64,000 nucleotides of DNA from Mobula hypostoma (GCF_963921235.1 NC_086098.1:121334001-121398000); one strand, 5' to 3'; shown: positions 45,701 to 56,880, counted from the stretch's first letter. A program made the numbers and translations. The notes: generated by a model not told the origin, from the sequence alone.

Positions 45701-48700
45701 CTTCACTAAGGAGGACATAAATAATCTTCCAGAAATAGTAGGGGACAGAGGGTCCAGTGAGATGGAGGAACTGAGCGAAATACATGTTCGTAGGGAAGTG
45801 GTGTTAGGTAAATTGAAGGAATTGAAGGCAGATAAATCCCCAGGGCCAGATGGTCTGCATCCTAGAGTGCTTAAGGAAGTAGGCCAAGAAATAGTGGATG
45901 CATTAGTGATAATTTTTCAAAACTCGTTAGATTCTGGACTAGTTCCTGAGGATTGGAGGGTGGCTAATGTAACCCCACTTTTTAAAAAGGGAGGGAGAGA
46001 GAAACCAGTGGGGAAACTGGTGGAGTCAGTTATCAAAGATGTGATAACAGCACATTTGGAAAGCGGTGAAATCATCGGACAAAGTCAGCATGGATTTGTG
46101 AAAGGAAAATCATGTCTGACGAATCTCATATAATTTTTTGAGGATGTAACTGGTAGAGTGGATAGGGGAGAACCAGTGGATGTGGTATATTTGGATTTTC
46201 AAAAGGCTTTTGACAAGGTCCCACACAGGAGATTAGTGTGCAAACTTAAAGCACACGTTATTGGGGATAAGGTATTGATGTGGGTGGAGAATTGGTTAGC
46301 AGACAGGAAGCAAAGAGTGGGAACAAACGGGACCTTTTCAGAATGGCAGGCGGTGACTAGTGGGGTACCGCAAGGCTCAGTGCTGGGACCCCAGTTGTTT
46401 ACAATATATATTAATGACTTGGATGAGGGAATTAAATGCAGCATCTCCAAGTTTGCGGATGACACGAAGCTGGGTGGCAGTGTTAGCTGTGAGGAGGATG
46501 CTAAGAGGATGCAGAGTGACTTGGATAGGTTGGGTGAGTGGGCAAGTTCGTGGCAGGTGCAATTTAATGTGGATAAATGTGAAGTTATCCACTTTAGTGG
46601 CAAAAATAGGAAAACAGATTATTATCTGAATGGTGGCCGATTAGGAAAAGGGGAGGTGCAACGAGACCTGGGTGTCATTATACACCAGTCATTGAAAGTG
46701 GGCATGCAGGTACAGCAGGCGGTGAAAAAAGGTGAATGGTATGCTGGCATTTATAGCGAGAGGATTCGAGTACAGGAGCAGGGAGGTACTACTGCAGTTG
46801 TACAAGGTCTTGGTGAGACCACACCTGGAGTATTGTGTGCAGTTTTGGTCCCCTAATCTGAGGAAAGACATCCTTGCCATAGAGGGAGTACAAAGAAGGT
46901 TCACCAGATTGATTCCTGGGATGGCAGGACTTTCATATGAAGAAAGACTGGATGAACTGGGCTTGTACTTGTTGGAATTTAGAAGATTGAGGGGGGATCT
47001 GATTGAAACGTATAAGATCCTAAAGGGATTGGACAGGCTAGATGCAGGAAGATTGTTCCCGATGTTGGGGAAGTCCAGAACGAGGGGCCACAGTTTGAGG
47101 ATAGAGGGGAAGCCTTTTAGGACCTAGATTAGGAAAAACTCCTTCACACAGAGAGTGGTGAATCTGTGGAATTCTCTGCCACAGGAAACAGTTGAGGCCA
47201 GTTCATTGGCTATGTTTAAGAGGGAGTTAGATATGGCCCTTGTGGCTGCGGGGTTCAGGGAGTATGGAGGGAAGGCTGGGGCGGGGTTCTGAGTTTGATG
47301 ATCAGCCATGATCATAATAAATGGCGGTGCAGGCTCGAAGGGCCGAATGGCCTACTCCTGCACCTATTTTCTATGTTTCTATGTAATACTGATAGTGATG
47401 CATCTAATTTTAGCTTCTCCTTCTCAAACTACAGGGTGAATTCTATCATATTACGATCATTTCCTCCTAAGGGTGCCTTTACCTCAACCTCTCTAATCAA
47501 ATCTGGTTCATTACATAACACCCAATCCAGAATTGCCATTCCCCTAGTGGACTCAACCACAAGCTGCTCTAAAGAGTCATTTCACAAGCATTCTACAAAT
47601 TCCCTCTCTTGGCACCAACCTGATTATCCCAATCTAACTGCATATTGAAATCATCCATGATTATCACAACACTGCCCTCTTTACCCACAAGGACTCTGCA
47701 TCTTCTGATCCTTTTTTTTTGGCGTGTGCCTGCGTGCGTGCGACTCTGTGCACGCAGTATTTTCCCTTTTATTTTACGAGGTCGAGTTGTGATCTCGATA
47801 TTCAACCCGGCACGGATGGAAAGCGTAGTCTAAAGTGGACCCGACTGGTTTCGAACCCGGGAACCTCTGCTCCCGGGTCCAGCGCCAATGTCATTGCGCC
47901 ACCAGCCGGCCCTGCATCTTCTGATCCTATGTCACCAGTCTAAAGAATTGTTTTCATTTTTTTTTTACCAACAGAGTCACCTCACTCCTTCTGCCTCCCT
48001 GCCTGCCCTTTCAGTACAATGTGTATCATTGGATGTAAGCTCCCATCTATGATCTTTCATTCTTCAGCCACAATTCAGTGATATCCACAACAGCATAACT
48101 GCTGATCTGTAAGTGTTCTACAAGATCATCTGCCTTATTCCATACATTGATTGCATTTAAAATATACCTTCAGTCCTGTATTCATTATCCTTTTTGATTT
48201 TGGTCCTCTGTTAAACTTTAACTCATCTCACTGACTGCAATTTTGTCCTATCATTCTGGCTCCCATTCCCCAACCAAATTAGTTTAAACCCTCGCCGACA
48301 GCTCTACCAAACCTGCCTGTAAGGATATTGGTCTCTGTCAGGTCCAGGTGTTACCTGTAATTTTTTACCTGTAATACTTTCTCCAGAAAAGATCCCAATG
48401 ATCCAGAAATCTGAAACTCCTCCCTCGTGTTGCCTCCTCAAAGACATCCTAGAGATTTGCCAGACATGACCTCTCATTTACAAAGCCCAAATCAGAATGT
48501 CCCAAATCACTCTCTAAGTTTCAGCTGATCCTGTTCCACAGTATTTCCTGCAGCATTGATGCCAGACCCACCAGTTTGCAGTTTCCTGATTTGTTTTTGC
48601 TACCCATTTTAAACCATCAGCCACTCAATACTCCTGCAGAACATTGCCTGTAGCCAGAGAAGAAGCAATTATCTCTGCAAGGGGCTCTGCAGCCTCCCTC

Positions 48701-51700
48701 CTTCCAGCCCTCTACAATGTCTGAATGCACAAGGTCAAGCCTGGGGAATTTATCCACCTCAGTGCACTTTTAAGCCTCCAATACTGCAAAATAATCGCTA
48801 GCAGCCAGCTGGTGCAATGTTTAAAGCACCAGTTTAGGTGAGGATTCTATTTGAATATGCAGGGCCGTATCACATGCATGGTGTTGTTTTCTACCTTTTT
48901 TAAAAAATTTTATTTTCATTTGGATAAGGAATTCACAAATATCATGTACTTTTTTCACACATATAACCTTTTCCATTTTTAATATGTATAAAACTGCAAT
49001 TATTTATACATTCTTAAATACACATTGAGATGATATAAAAGGAAAATAAACACTTAAATAGATAATTATGTACTGTGGTAAATCTAACCTATTAGGCTAA
49101 GTAATGGTATTAGTTGTTAAGAAAAATGGTAATAGTTTCCATATAACCCTTCTGGACCATTTCCACTGGTCCAAAATATTGTATATAAGCCTATGTAACA
49201 ACCATTGTAGGTGTTTATATCCTAATTTGTTCATGCTTGCTCCTGCCCGCAGACATAATTATCCAATCCCTATGTACTTATTTACTTAATTTTTTCATTT
49301 TTTTATCCCTTTCCCAAATCTTTCCCTTTACTTGTGTTAATTCTCTATTTTCCAAAAGAAAACAAAACAGAAAAAAAAGACATTTAGACTAGGGGTGCTT
49401 ACGTTAGCAATATTACTGTGTTGATGAGAAGAGCAGTATAAATCATTAGGAGAGTCATCTAAAGTCTGCTCGCATTGGGGTTATATATTCAATCCATTTA
49501 TTCCAGATTTGATAAAAATTTTTCTTTTTGAATTCTCAGGGAGTAAGTCAACTTTTCCATTTTAAATATTTCCAAGATAATTTCTTGCCAATCTTCTAAT
49601 GTAGGTGGTATTGGATTTAGCCATTTTCTAGTGATTGATTTCTTACTTGCCGCAAAGAGGGCCTGCAGCAACTTTATATCTTCCTTCTGTTCAAGAAACA
49701 ATACATGCCCCAAATAGAACGTCTCAAAGTTCAGAGGTATCTGGGACCTAAGTACCTTAACTAATGTTCTATGAATACCTTCCCAATATAGACTTAACTT
49801 AGGGCAATCCCAGAAAATATGAAAATGATTTGCCTCCTTGGAGCCGCACCTTCTCCAACACATCACATTTGTATCTTTATATTTTTCCTGATATGGGGTC
49901 TTGAAATATCTTATAATGTTTTTCCAACAATGTTCTCTCCAAGTCAAAGAATTAGTTGAGGACCATTGAAAGCTGCAGATTTTCCCCCAAGCCTCCTCTG
50001 AAAGTACCAAACCCGCTTCTTTCTCCCACTTCTCTTTAATATACAGTGTATTTACAGTTTTAGCATGGGAGGGTGCATTATATAATCGAGAAACTGATTT
50101 ACTAGGTATTGAACTGCAAGCCGAATTCAGAATCTTGAAAAATTCTAATTCTACTGTTGATAGGTCTGTATATCTACAACTCTGGTTAACATAGTTTCGT
50201 ACTTGAAGGTACCTAAAAAAAGTCATTATGTTCTAGGCCATGTTTGTCCTGCAGGATTTGGAACCTTTGTAATACTCTTTTATCTATAAATGAGAGGTAG
50301 GTTGTAAGACCCTTCTTTATCCATAGCTCAAATCTTTTATCTCCTCTGTTGGGAAGGAATTCGGTATCAAATGCACACCATCTAAAGAGTTTTAACATGT
50401 TATTAATTCCACATGAATTAACCATCTTCTGCCATACTTTTAATGTAAGATTTATCCAACTGTTTTTAAATTTTTCCAACTGGGCCATCAATCCTTTGTC
50501 AGCTATTGAGGCCTGTAGAGGAAAACTGTCAACTAATCCAAATTCTATTTCCTTCCATCTAGCCTTATATTCCCTATTACACCAATATAACAGAGGGGTT
50601 ATGTGTGAGGCATAAAAATAATTTCTCAGGCAAGGAAGAACCATACCTCCTCCTTCCTTCCCTAACTGTAAGGTGTTATATCGAATTCTAGGTTTCTTTC
50701 CTTGCCAAATGAAGCGGGAAATCCATTTGTCCCATTCCCTGAATTGATTATCATCCACCTCCACCGGTAAAGTACGGAAAAGATACAATAACCGAGGAAG
50801 AATATTCATTTTTATAGTATTTATCCTTGAATTTAAACTTAAAAAGGGGATAAGATTCCATCTATGCATATCTGCTTTTATCTCTGAGATTAGTGGCCCA
50901 TAATTTACCTGTGACAGTGTTGAAAGATCCTTCGGCAGGGTTATTCCTAAATATTTTAATGATTTAGCTTCCCACTTAAGATCGTATGTATCCTGCAATT
51001 TTTTGGATGGTGTATAATTTAGGGACATAACCTGCGTTTTCTTTACATTTATTTTATAATCTGATATTTTCCCAAAGTCATCCAACAGTGTAAACAATCC
51101 TATAAGTGATGTTTCTGGTTCACTCAGATAGACCAAAACATCATCTGTGAATAACGCCACTTTCTGTTCAATCCCTGCCACCTTGATACCTTTTTCCGAT
51201 TTCGCTCTGTCTTATTAGTTGGGCAAGCGGTTCAATATATAGCGCAAAAAGGAGAGGAGAAATTGGGCATCCCTGTCTAGTGCCTCTCTCTAAGATGAAG
51301 GAGTCAGAGAGGTCCCCATTTATCTTAATTCGGGCTGTAGGGCTGTGATATAGAGTCTGAATTACTTTAATAAACTTTTCTTGAAAGCCGAATCTTCCTA
51401 ACACTCTGTATAGGAATGCCCAACTAACCGAATCAAAAGCTTTCTCAGCGTCCAATCCTACTATCATTGTCTCTGTCTCATTCTTATTAACCTGTTCTAA
51501 TATGTGCAGAGTTCTCCTTATGTTGTCCTGTGTTTGTCTTTGTTGAATAAATCCAGTCTGGTCTAAGTGGATTAGGCCAGGTAAAAGCTTTTCCAATCTG
51601 CGCGCTAATATAGATGTAAATAGTTTGTAATCTAAATTAAGAACACTAATTGGCCGATAATTGCCACATTCTAGTTTATCTTTACCCTCTTTAGGAATAA

Positions 51701-54700
51701 CTGAAATAATCGCTTCTCTCCAGGAAGGTGGAGTTTCTCCTCTCTGCAAGATCCAATTAAAGGTGTTAAGTAGTAATGGGGCTAACTGTGTCTTCAGGGA
51801 CTTGTACCACTCTGAGGTAAACCCATCAGAACCTGGGGACTTTCCAGCCTTTAACCTAGAGATGGCCACGTTCAGTTCTTTGACAGTTACTGGTTCTAAT
51901 AAACTTTCATTTTGTAAATCTGTAAGTTTAGGTAGATCTAAAAAATTCAATACACTGTCTATATAGGGCTCATTGGGGGCCCGGGGTTGGGAGTACAGCT
52001 CTCGATAATATGTTGCAAAACTCTCTTGAATTTTCCCTATTGTACTCTCCACAAGCTTTGTCTTTGGATTCTTTATTTTATGAATTGTATTGTCTGCTTG
52101 TTGCTTTTGTAATTTATATGCTAATAATCTAGCTGATTTACCTCCTACTTCATAATTCTTTTGTCTCAGGTAAAGAAAATGTCTTTGAGTTTCCAACGTA
52201 TAAATATCTTCAATTTCACTTTGCAATTTCCTAATTTCCTGTTTTCGATTTGAATTACTTTTGTTGCTATCTACAACTTGAAGTTGTTTTAATTTTCCTT
52301 GAAGGTCTGCTAATTTTTGTGCATTGATTTTTTTCATGTGAGTGGTAATGGAAATAATTTTCCCTCTCAGTACAGCTTTCAATGTATCCCATAAGATCAC
52401 TGGTGATGTTTCTCCCGTGTCATTAAGGTCTAGATATTCTTTGATTTCTCCCCTTCATCTCTCCATTACTTTTGGGTTATTGAGTATATGTGAGTTTAGC
52501 CTCCATAGTGTTTTCCTCATTTTCCTTTCCAGGATTAGAGACATAGAGACTGGGCTATGATCCGACAGATCAATTGTTGCAATATTACAGTTTTTTATCC
52601 TGAGTCTATCTGTATTAAAGATAAAGAAATAGTCTATCCTTGAATTGGCTGAATGAGGGAAAGAGTAATATGTATAATCTTTACTAGTGGGGTGTAATTC
52701 CCTCCAGACATCTATAATTCCCAACTCCTCCATCAATGAATTCACTTTCTGAGTCAGAGGTTTATTCTGAGTAACTATTCTTGAAGAATCTAATATAGGA
52801 TTTAATCTAATATTAAAATCCCCTCCACAAATTACTACCCCTTGAGAACTGACCATTAGGTCAAAAATGTGTCTATAAAATGACCATTCACAACCTGGAG
52901 GAGCATAAACATTCAGCAATGTTATTTCTGTACCTTCTATTCTTCCTGTGATTTTTACGAACCGTCCTTCTTTGTCTTTAGTCTCTGAAATATGTTCATA
53001 ATTAAGAGTACTTGATATTAAAGTAGCTACCCCTCTTTTATGACTCAATTTATATGATGAATAAAATACATGCTTAAAGCCCATTCTTTTTAATTTTCCA
53101 TGTTCAGATTGGCTCATATGTGTTTCCTGGAGGAAAGCTATTTGTGCCCTCTCTTTTTTCAATTTAGACATAATCTTATTTCTTTTAATTGGATTCAAAA
53201 CCCCATTAACATTATAGGAAATTATTTTTGCCAATTCAGTTTGCATTTTTCTCTAGTAGAAAAAAAACACTGTCCTTTTCTAACCAAACAGTAAGCAATC
53301 CCTTCTCAACAGTAAACCAAGACATATAACCACACCCTGGACATTTTTGAACGTGTAACATTTGAAAATTTTTCCCGACTTCCCACAGTGAGGCCTGAGC
53401 ACCGACCCGCCTCAGTTCAGAGGGATAACCTCTATCTTCACCCTGTGTTAGAGGGCCCTCAGCAGTTTGAATACTCATAGAGAATTTTCTCCTATTTATG
53501 TCTCGACCAAATTGCTATCATTCAAGTTATTCCGCCAAGTTTATTTTCAGTTACCAGTTTTCATTTTACCTTTAAGTCCGATTTACTCTTTTCAGTCATT
53601 TCTCTTAATTAATCTGTGTTCTCTGTACATTCGTGTCTGAATATTTGCAGCTTTTCCTTGTAGTTTGACACTCTGGTTCGTGTGGAGTGTCCTCGCCCCA
53701 CTAACTGCCATGACTTCTGCCGAATCCTCTCCAGTAGCGACTCCGGTTAGGTGATAACTTTAATAGGTAGTCCCCAGTCCGCCAGGTCTGACGTTGCCTC
53801 CTCCACCGTAGCGTAAGTTTTTGTCCCTTCGTCGTAAAAGACTCTCAGTCGAGCTGGATACAGGGTCTGAAATCTGATGTTGTTTTCCTTCAGGACTCTC
53901 CGTGTTTCCGTATATTCCTTCCGTCTGGCAAGAATCCCTGGTGCGTAGTCGTGGTCTAAACTGATTTTACAGTTGTTCCACATGAAACCTTTCTTTTGCC
54001 ATGCCCTTTTAAGCACCTCTTCCTTCATTCTGTAACTGAGAAATCTGACCAGAATCGATCTGGGCTGGGCGCCTGCCGGAGGCTGTGGTGTCAACGCGCG
54101 GTGAGCCCTTTCTATCTATAGGTCTTTCGTGGCCGGTATATCAAGGTTCTCTCTAAGCAGCTTCTCCATGAAGGGAATCATCAGTCCGGGTTTACCTTCA
54201 GTTCCTTCGGGAACTCCATAGATCCTCACATTTTCCCTTCTCGAGCGGCCTTCTTGATCTATTAGTTTCCACTGGAGCTGCTCTTGTAGCTTTAGTATTT
54301 CTGCTATCACTTCCTCTGCGTTTTGTAGCTTCTCCTCAATTCCTACAATCCTCGCTTCGGCTTCATCTATCCGCGAGTTAGTTTTTACTATTTCTCCTTT
54401 AATATCTTCCAGCTGTTTGCTGTTATCTTGTCGGAACTCGCGAATCTCTCCGAGAATCAAAGACAGAGTCACCGATTCCCCCTCATTATCTCCGTCCTGG
54501 CTTGCCGTGGGGGAGCTAGGCCCGTCGCCTTGTTGCGTCTCTTTATGTTTATCAGCCTTCGGAGCGGACTTTTTAATCTTATTCTTAGACATCATCCTTG
54601 CCCCTTTTATTAATATAGTTATGCAATATTAAGTATTTGTCTAAATTCGATTTTGGGGCAGTTTACCTTCTTTTTTGTCGAGAGACCTTTTCCTTACGCC

Positions 54701-56513
54701 GCCATTCCCTTGATGACCCGGAAGTCCACCCGTTTTCTACCTTTTCTATGGTGGCTGAAATATTAATCACAGCACTCTACAAATCTGCCATGTCCAAATG
54801 AGGTAAATGGGCTCAGGTGAACTGGTGAAACCCGGTGTTCCATAAGGCAAAGGGATTCTCTACCTCCTGCTTATGGTGACTCTTGGGGTAATAATGGTGA
54901 AGAGCATGTGCATAAATTTTTACCTAGTCAGCTTCAGGATCAGTTATTCCTGTAGTACATGTACCTGCTCAATCCTAGGGTAGGATTTTACAGACATTGT
55001 TACCGCAAACCCAGAATTACTTAGGGCTAATGTGTTGGAGCTACCAGTCAGTGTAGTTTTGGCTGAACCTCATCCAGTTCACGGAAGAGTTCAGAGGAGG
55101 CAGCAGTGGTGGGGTAATGGGCACATATCCAACATTTTCTGTTAATGGTTTGGGAGGTTACAGCCTGCACTTGCAATACAGCTGAATTATCCTATCTTAT
55201 ATTAACAATTACACAGCATGTTGCAGATTCTCAGGTATTACTTCCTTCACCCTTGTCGCTGTCTCCTCAATATGTCCCTATAGCCCATACAGAAACTGTT
55301 TCCTCCATTGGCACCCTTTGGTAGACATATTTGTAATACTCTTCTACAACTGCAACTGGCTGCCTCGGGTATACAGAACGGGGACATGCCTGAACTCCCT
55401 CCCCATAGTGCAGACAACTGGATTGATGCTGGGCACTCCAATGTCTAGACAACTGTTGGTCTGTGCTCACTGGCTACTATCCACAACTTCTATCCTTTCC
55501 AAACCATCTCCAGTGCTAAAAGACTGTAAAATAAACAAAATGCTGTGGAGAAAGATACAGCTAGATCTTGGTCATCAGGACAAATTTCATTTTAACACTC
55601 AAGTAGTAATGTTTCGCAAGGTGTTTTGCAAGATCATTATTCCACCAGTAGTCATAAGGGACAGAAAATTATGGACACATTTTATTTGAGTAGTATCTGG
55701 GGAAAGAGCAATAATGCCTGAGGTAGACAGAGGCACGAACCTGCAGCGACTTAAAGTGGAAGAACACAGCAGGTTAGACAGCCTCTGAAGAGGGAAATAG
55801 ACAGTTGACGTTTCAGGTCAAGATCCTTCATCTGGACTAGATACTTGGGGTAGAAGACCTTTGGTCAGAGCTGAGAGAGAGTGGGTGTAAACAACATCCA
55901 AGGTTGTTGGATGACCTCTTCAGCTTATGCCTTGGCTTTATCTCATCACAAATATTCCCTTTATCCTGCCCATTCTTTCCTGCATCTAATCTTTAACCTG
56001 TAACCTTAAATTTGTTTCAACATTTTGTGTTTTTAATTTCAGAATTCTGACATTTACACATTTTATTTTGATTTTCCTATATGGGAGACACTGGGCTATG
56101 TATCAAACAAACTTGGTGACTAAAAGTTTTATAGAATGCCTGATGAGACAGAGGGAATTTGATTGATCGTATAGCTGAATATTGTCCATTAGATAAAGGA
56201 GTTCTGTAATGGTGTCTTTCTCTTGCATCTGTCATGTTTATTCACAGAGAATGTGCAAGGTCCTAGAAAGATTTTGGCAAGCTTGATCCTTGGGCTTTGA
56301 GTGATGAGTTATCCTATTAAAAACGGTAATTGTCCTTGGGGGTTTTCCCCCCAAGATTTTGTGTGCTGTCCGCTAAGCTTCTGTACCTTTAAAGTTTCAG
56401 TGGAATCAACGGGAATTCTTCCACCGGAAGTGCTTGTGTCTGAAGCCTTGAAAGTCCTGATAACAAAGTGTAGAAGATTTTTGAATGAACTGGACACTGT
56501 ACAAATGGACTGA
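30695..56513 (+). CDS. POLR1C: POLR1C (RNA polymerase I/III subunit AC40/RPAC1), complete spliced CDS, 347 aa
   Basis: join(30695..30766,30855..30926,34976..35083,36672..36804,37412..37531,38190..38342,38697..38846,40887..41003,56395..56513) = 1044 nt, all GT-AG. Motifs [72 protein letters not shown]. Confidence 0.98.
30855..30926 (+). CDS. POLR1C: POLR1C exon 2 ([24 protein letters not shown])
   Basis: ttcag / gtacgg; preceded by an 88-nt intron. Confidence 0.97.
31145..31300 (-). mobile_element. Short CR1 3' end
   Basis: TAGAACCATAGAAC tail followed by ACAGCACAGAAAACAGGCCATTCGGCCC. Confidence 0.7.
31969..32805 (-). mobile_element. Solo LTR (837 bp) with a 4-bp TSD
   Basis: (C/T)GTTAC...GTCACA termini; ATAG at 31965-31968 and 32806-32809; minus-strand AATAAA near 32052. 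A 4-bp TSD fits Gypsy or ERV1-type elements. Confidence 0.8.
32990..34160 (-). mobile_element. CR1 fragments
   Basis: [32 protein letters not shown] (33576..33761); 3' tail near 33335. Confidence 0.75.
34976..35083 (+). CDS. POLR1C: POLR1C exon 3 (NFRIDIV...RILLAE)
   Basis: atcag / gtaata, 108 nt. Confidence 0.97.
35321..35632. mobile_element. hAT (Charlie-like) MITE, near-perfect 312-bp palindrome
   Basis: TIRs CAGTAGTCCCCAACC / GGTTGGGGACCACTG; 8-bp TSD CTGTGTAT / CTGTATAT. Confidence 0.9.
36672..36804 (+). CDS. POLR1C: POLR1C exon 4 (VPTMAVEK...LFEYRST)
   Basis: ttcag / gtgagg, 133 nt. Confidence 0.97.
37412..37531 (+). CDS. POLR1C: POLR1C exon 5 ([13 protein letters not shown]...LYLNHK)
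   Basis: ttcag / gtaaat, 120 nt. Confidence 0.97.
37725..37990 (+). mobile_element. tRNA-derived SINE
   Basis: A-box TAGCGTAGTGG, B-box AGTTCAATCC; body shared with the 26975 and 43998 copies. Confidence 0.7.
38190..38342 (+). CDS. POLR1C: POLR1C exon 6 ([14 protein letters not shown]...HCVKGI)
   Basis: ttcag / gtaagg, 153 nt. Confidence 0.97.
38697..38846 (+). CDS. POLR1C: POLR1C exon 7 ([19 protein letters not shown]...EMVN)
   Basis: cctag / gtgagt, 150 nt. Confidence 0.97.
39300..39804. mobile_element. PIF/Harbinger non-autonomous element
   Basis: TIRs AGCCTTGTTTATACTTCTGCAT / ATGCAGAAGTATAAACCAGTCT; TAA TSD at 39297-39299 and 39805-39807. Confidence 0.85.
40255..40635 (+). mobile_element. 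RTE/BovB-related non-autonomous element
   Basis: GAAGGCAATGGCAAACCACT motif and an (ATGA)n tail. Confidence 0.55.
40887..41003 (+). CDS. POLR1C: POLR1C exon 8 ([20 protein letters not shown]...RDHYI)
   Basis: cttag / gtaagt, 117 nt. Confidence 0.97.
41078..41368 (-). mobile_element. tRNA-derived SINE
   Basis: Minus strand A-box TGGCCAATTGG, B-box GAGTTCGATCC, core-like TGTGTCCTTGAGCAAGGCAC. Confidence 0.75.
43998..44223 (+). mobile_element. tRNA-derived SINE nested in CR1
   Basis: TAGTGTAGTGA A-box, GGTTCAATTC B-box, AAATAAATA tail. Confidence 0.75.
45166..47381 (+). mobile_element. Young 5'-truncated CR1 LINE (RT domain nearly intact)
   Basis: [47 protein letters not shown]; few stops or frameshifts; TTCTATG-repeat tail; TGTAA duplicated at 45161-45165 and 47382-47386. 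Confidence 0.92.
47713..47911 (-). mobile_element. Young tRNA-SINE with RTE-type middle, poly(A) and a 17-bp TSD
   Basis: CTGCATCTTCTGATCCT at 47696-47712 and 47912-47928; A-box TGGCGCAATG, B-box GGTTCGAAACC. Confidence 0.88.
49458..53246 (-). pseudogene. L1 ORF2 (APE endonuclease, RT, CCHC) with about 4 frameshifts
   Basis: SYNVNG, FLQETH, GGDFN, SDHSP (EN); [35 protein letters not shown] (RT); CWRRC..HIFWDC. Pieces 52455..53246, 51168..52400, 50213..51181, 49498..50226. Confidence 0.92.
53607..54595 (-). pseudogene. L1 ORF1 (coiled-coil/RRM/CTD) with two in-frame stops
   Basis: [17 protein letters not shown]; IERAHR; YPARLRVFY. Stops at 54116-54118 and 53747-53749 are followed by continued homology. 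The 3' end is approximate. Confidence 0.85.
55802..55839 (-). ncRNA. Degenerate PLE hammerhead motif
   Basis: TAGTC CAGATGA AGG ATCTTGA CCT GAAAC GTC AACTG; core position U4 is changed to A. Confidence 0.55.
56395..56513 (+). CDS. POLR1C: POLR1C last coding exon ([18 protein letters not shown]...TVQMD*)
   Basis: The tttaaag acceptor restores the conserved YIFSVES; TGA at 56511-56513. Confidence 0.95.
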
Positions 56514-56874
56514 GCTTAATGTGGTTGGACTGGTTCAACTGGGTCTGGGCTGTGCTTGGACCTGATGGCAGTGGGAATAGTGGTCTCTTTTTAGTACCAA
56601 TTATACCTGTCAGAAATGAGCATCATTGACTTGCTTCAACGATGACCTCTGTCCCATGAAATAGTGGGTTAATACATATGAAGCTGAATGTCAGGGACAA
56701 TGGCGAGGATAACAGATATAATGGACTATAAATTCAATCATAAGTAAAACAAAATGGAGTAAATCAGCAACATCTGCAAGAGAAGAACCAACTTCTTTCA
56801 GGTTGATGATATTTCTTCAGAACTGATAATTTTTTCCAAGGTATTGTAATTTGTGTTCGTAAATATGTTGCACT

Positions 56875-56880
56875 ATTAAA
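56875..56880 (+). terminator. Candidate POLR1C poly(A) signal ATTAAA
   Basis: Near-canonical hexamer about 360 nt after the stop, immediately before a CR1 fragment. Confidence 0.35.

Larger units (their letters stand above)
42836..48420 (-). mobile_element. Old, long CR1 LINE interrupted by three younger insertions
   Basis: Colinear CR1 remnants from the 3' tail (42836) through RT ([25 protein letters not shown]) and EN to ORF1-like sequence. A further CR1 fragment lies at 42130-42830. Confidence 0.75.
48900..54731 (-). mobile_element. Full-length L1-clade LINE (5.83 kb), antisense in POLR1C intron 8
   Basis: 14-bp TSD GTTTTCTACCTTTT (48886-48899, 54732-54745); ORF1 and ORF2 (EN, RT, Cys-rich) present; AATAAA and A-rich tail. 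Confidence 0.95.

Noticed and set aside
47830-47911. tRNA gene (also at ~41300-41368, 37730 and 44000)
   Set aside because: A/B boxes are present but continue into SINE bodies with tails or TSDs; no complete cloverleaf.
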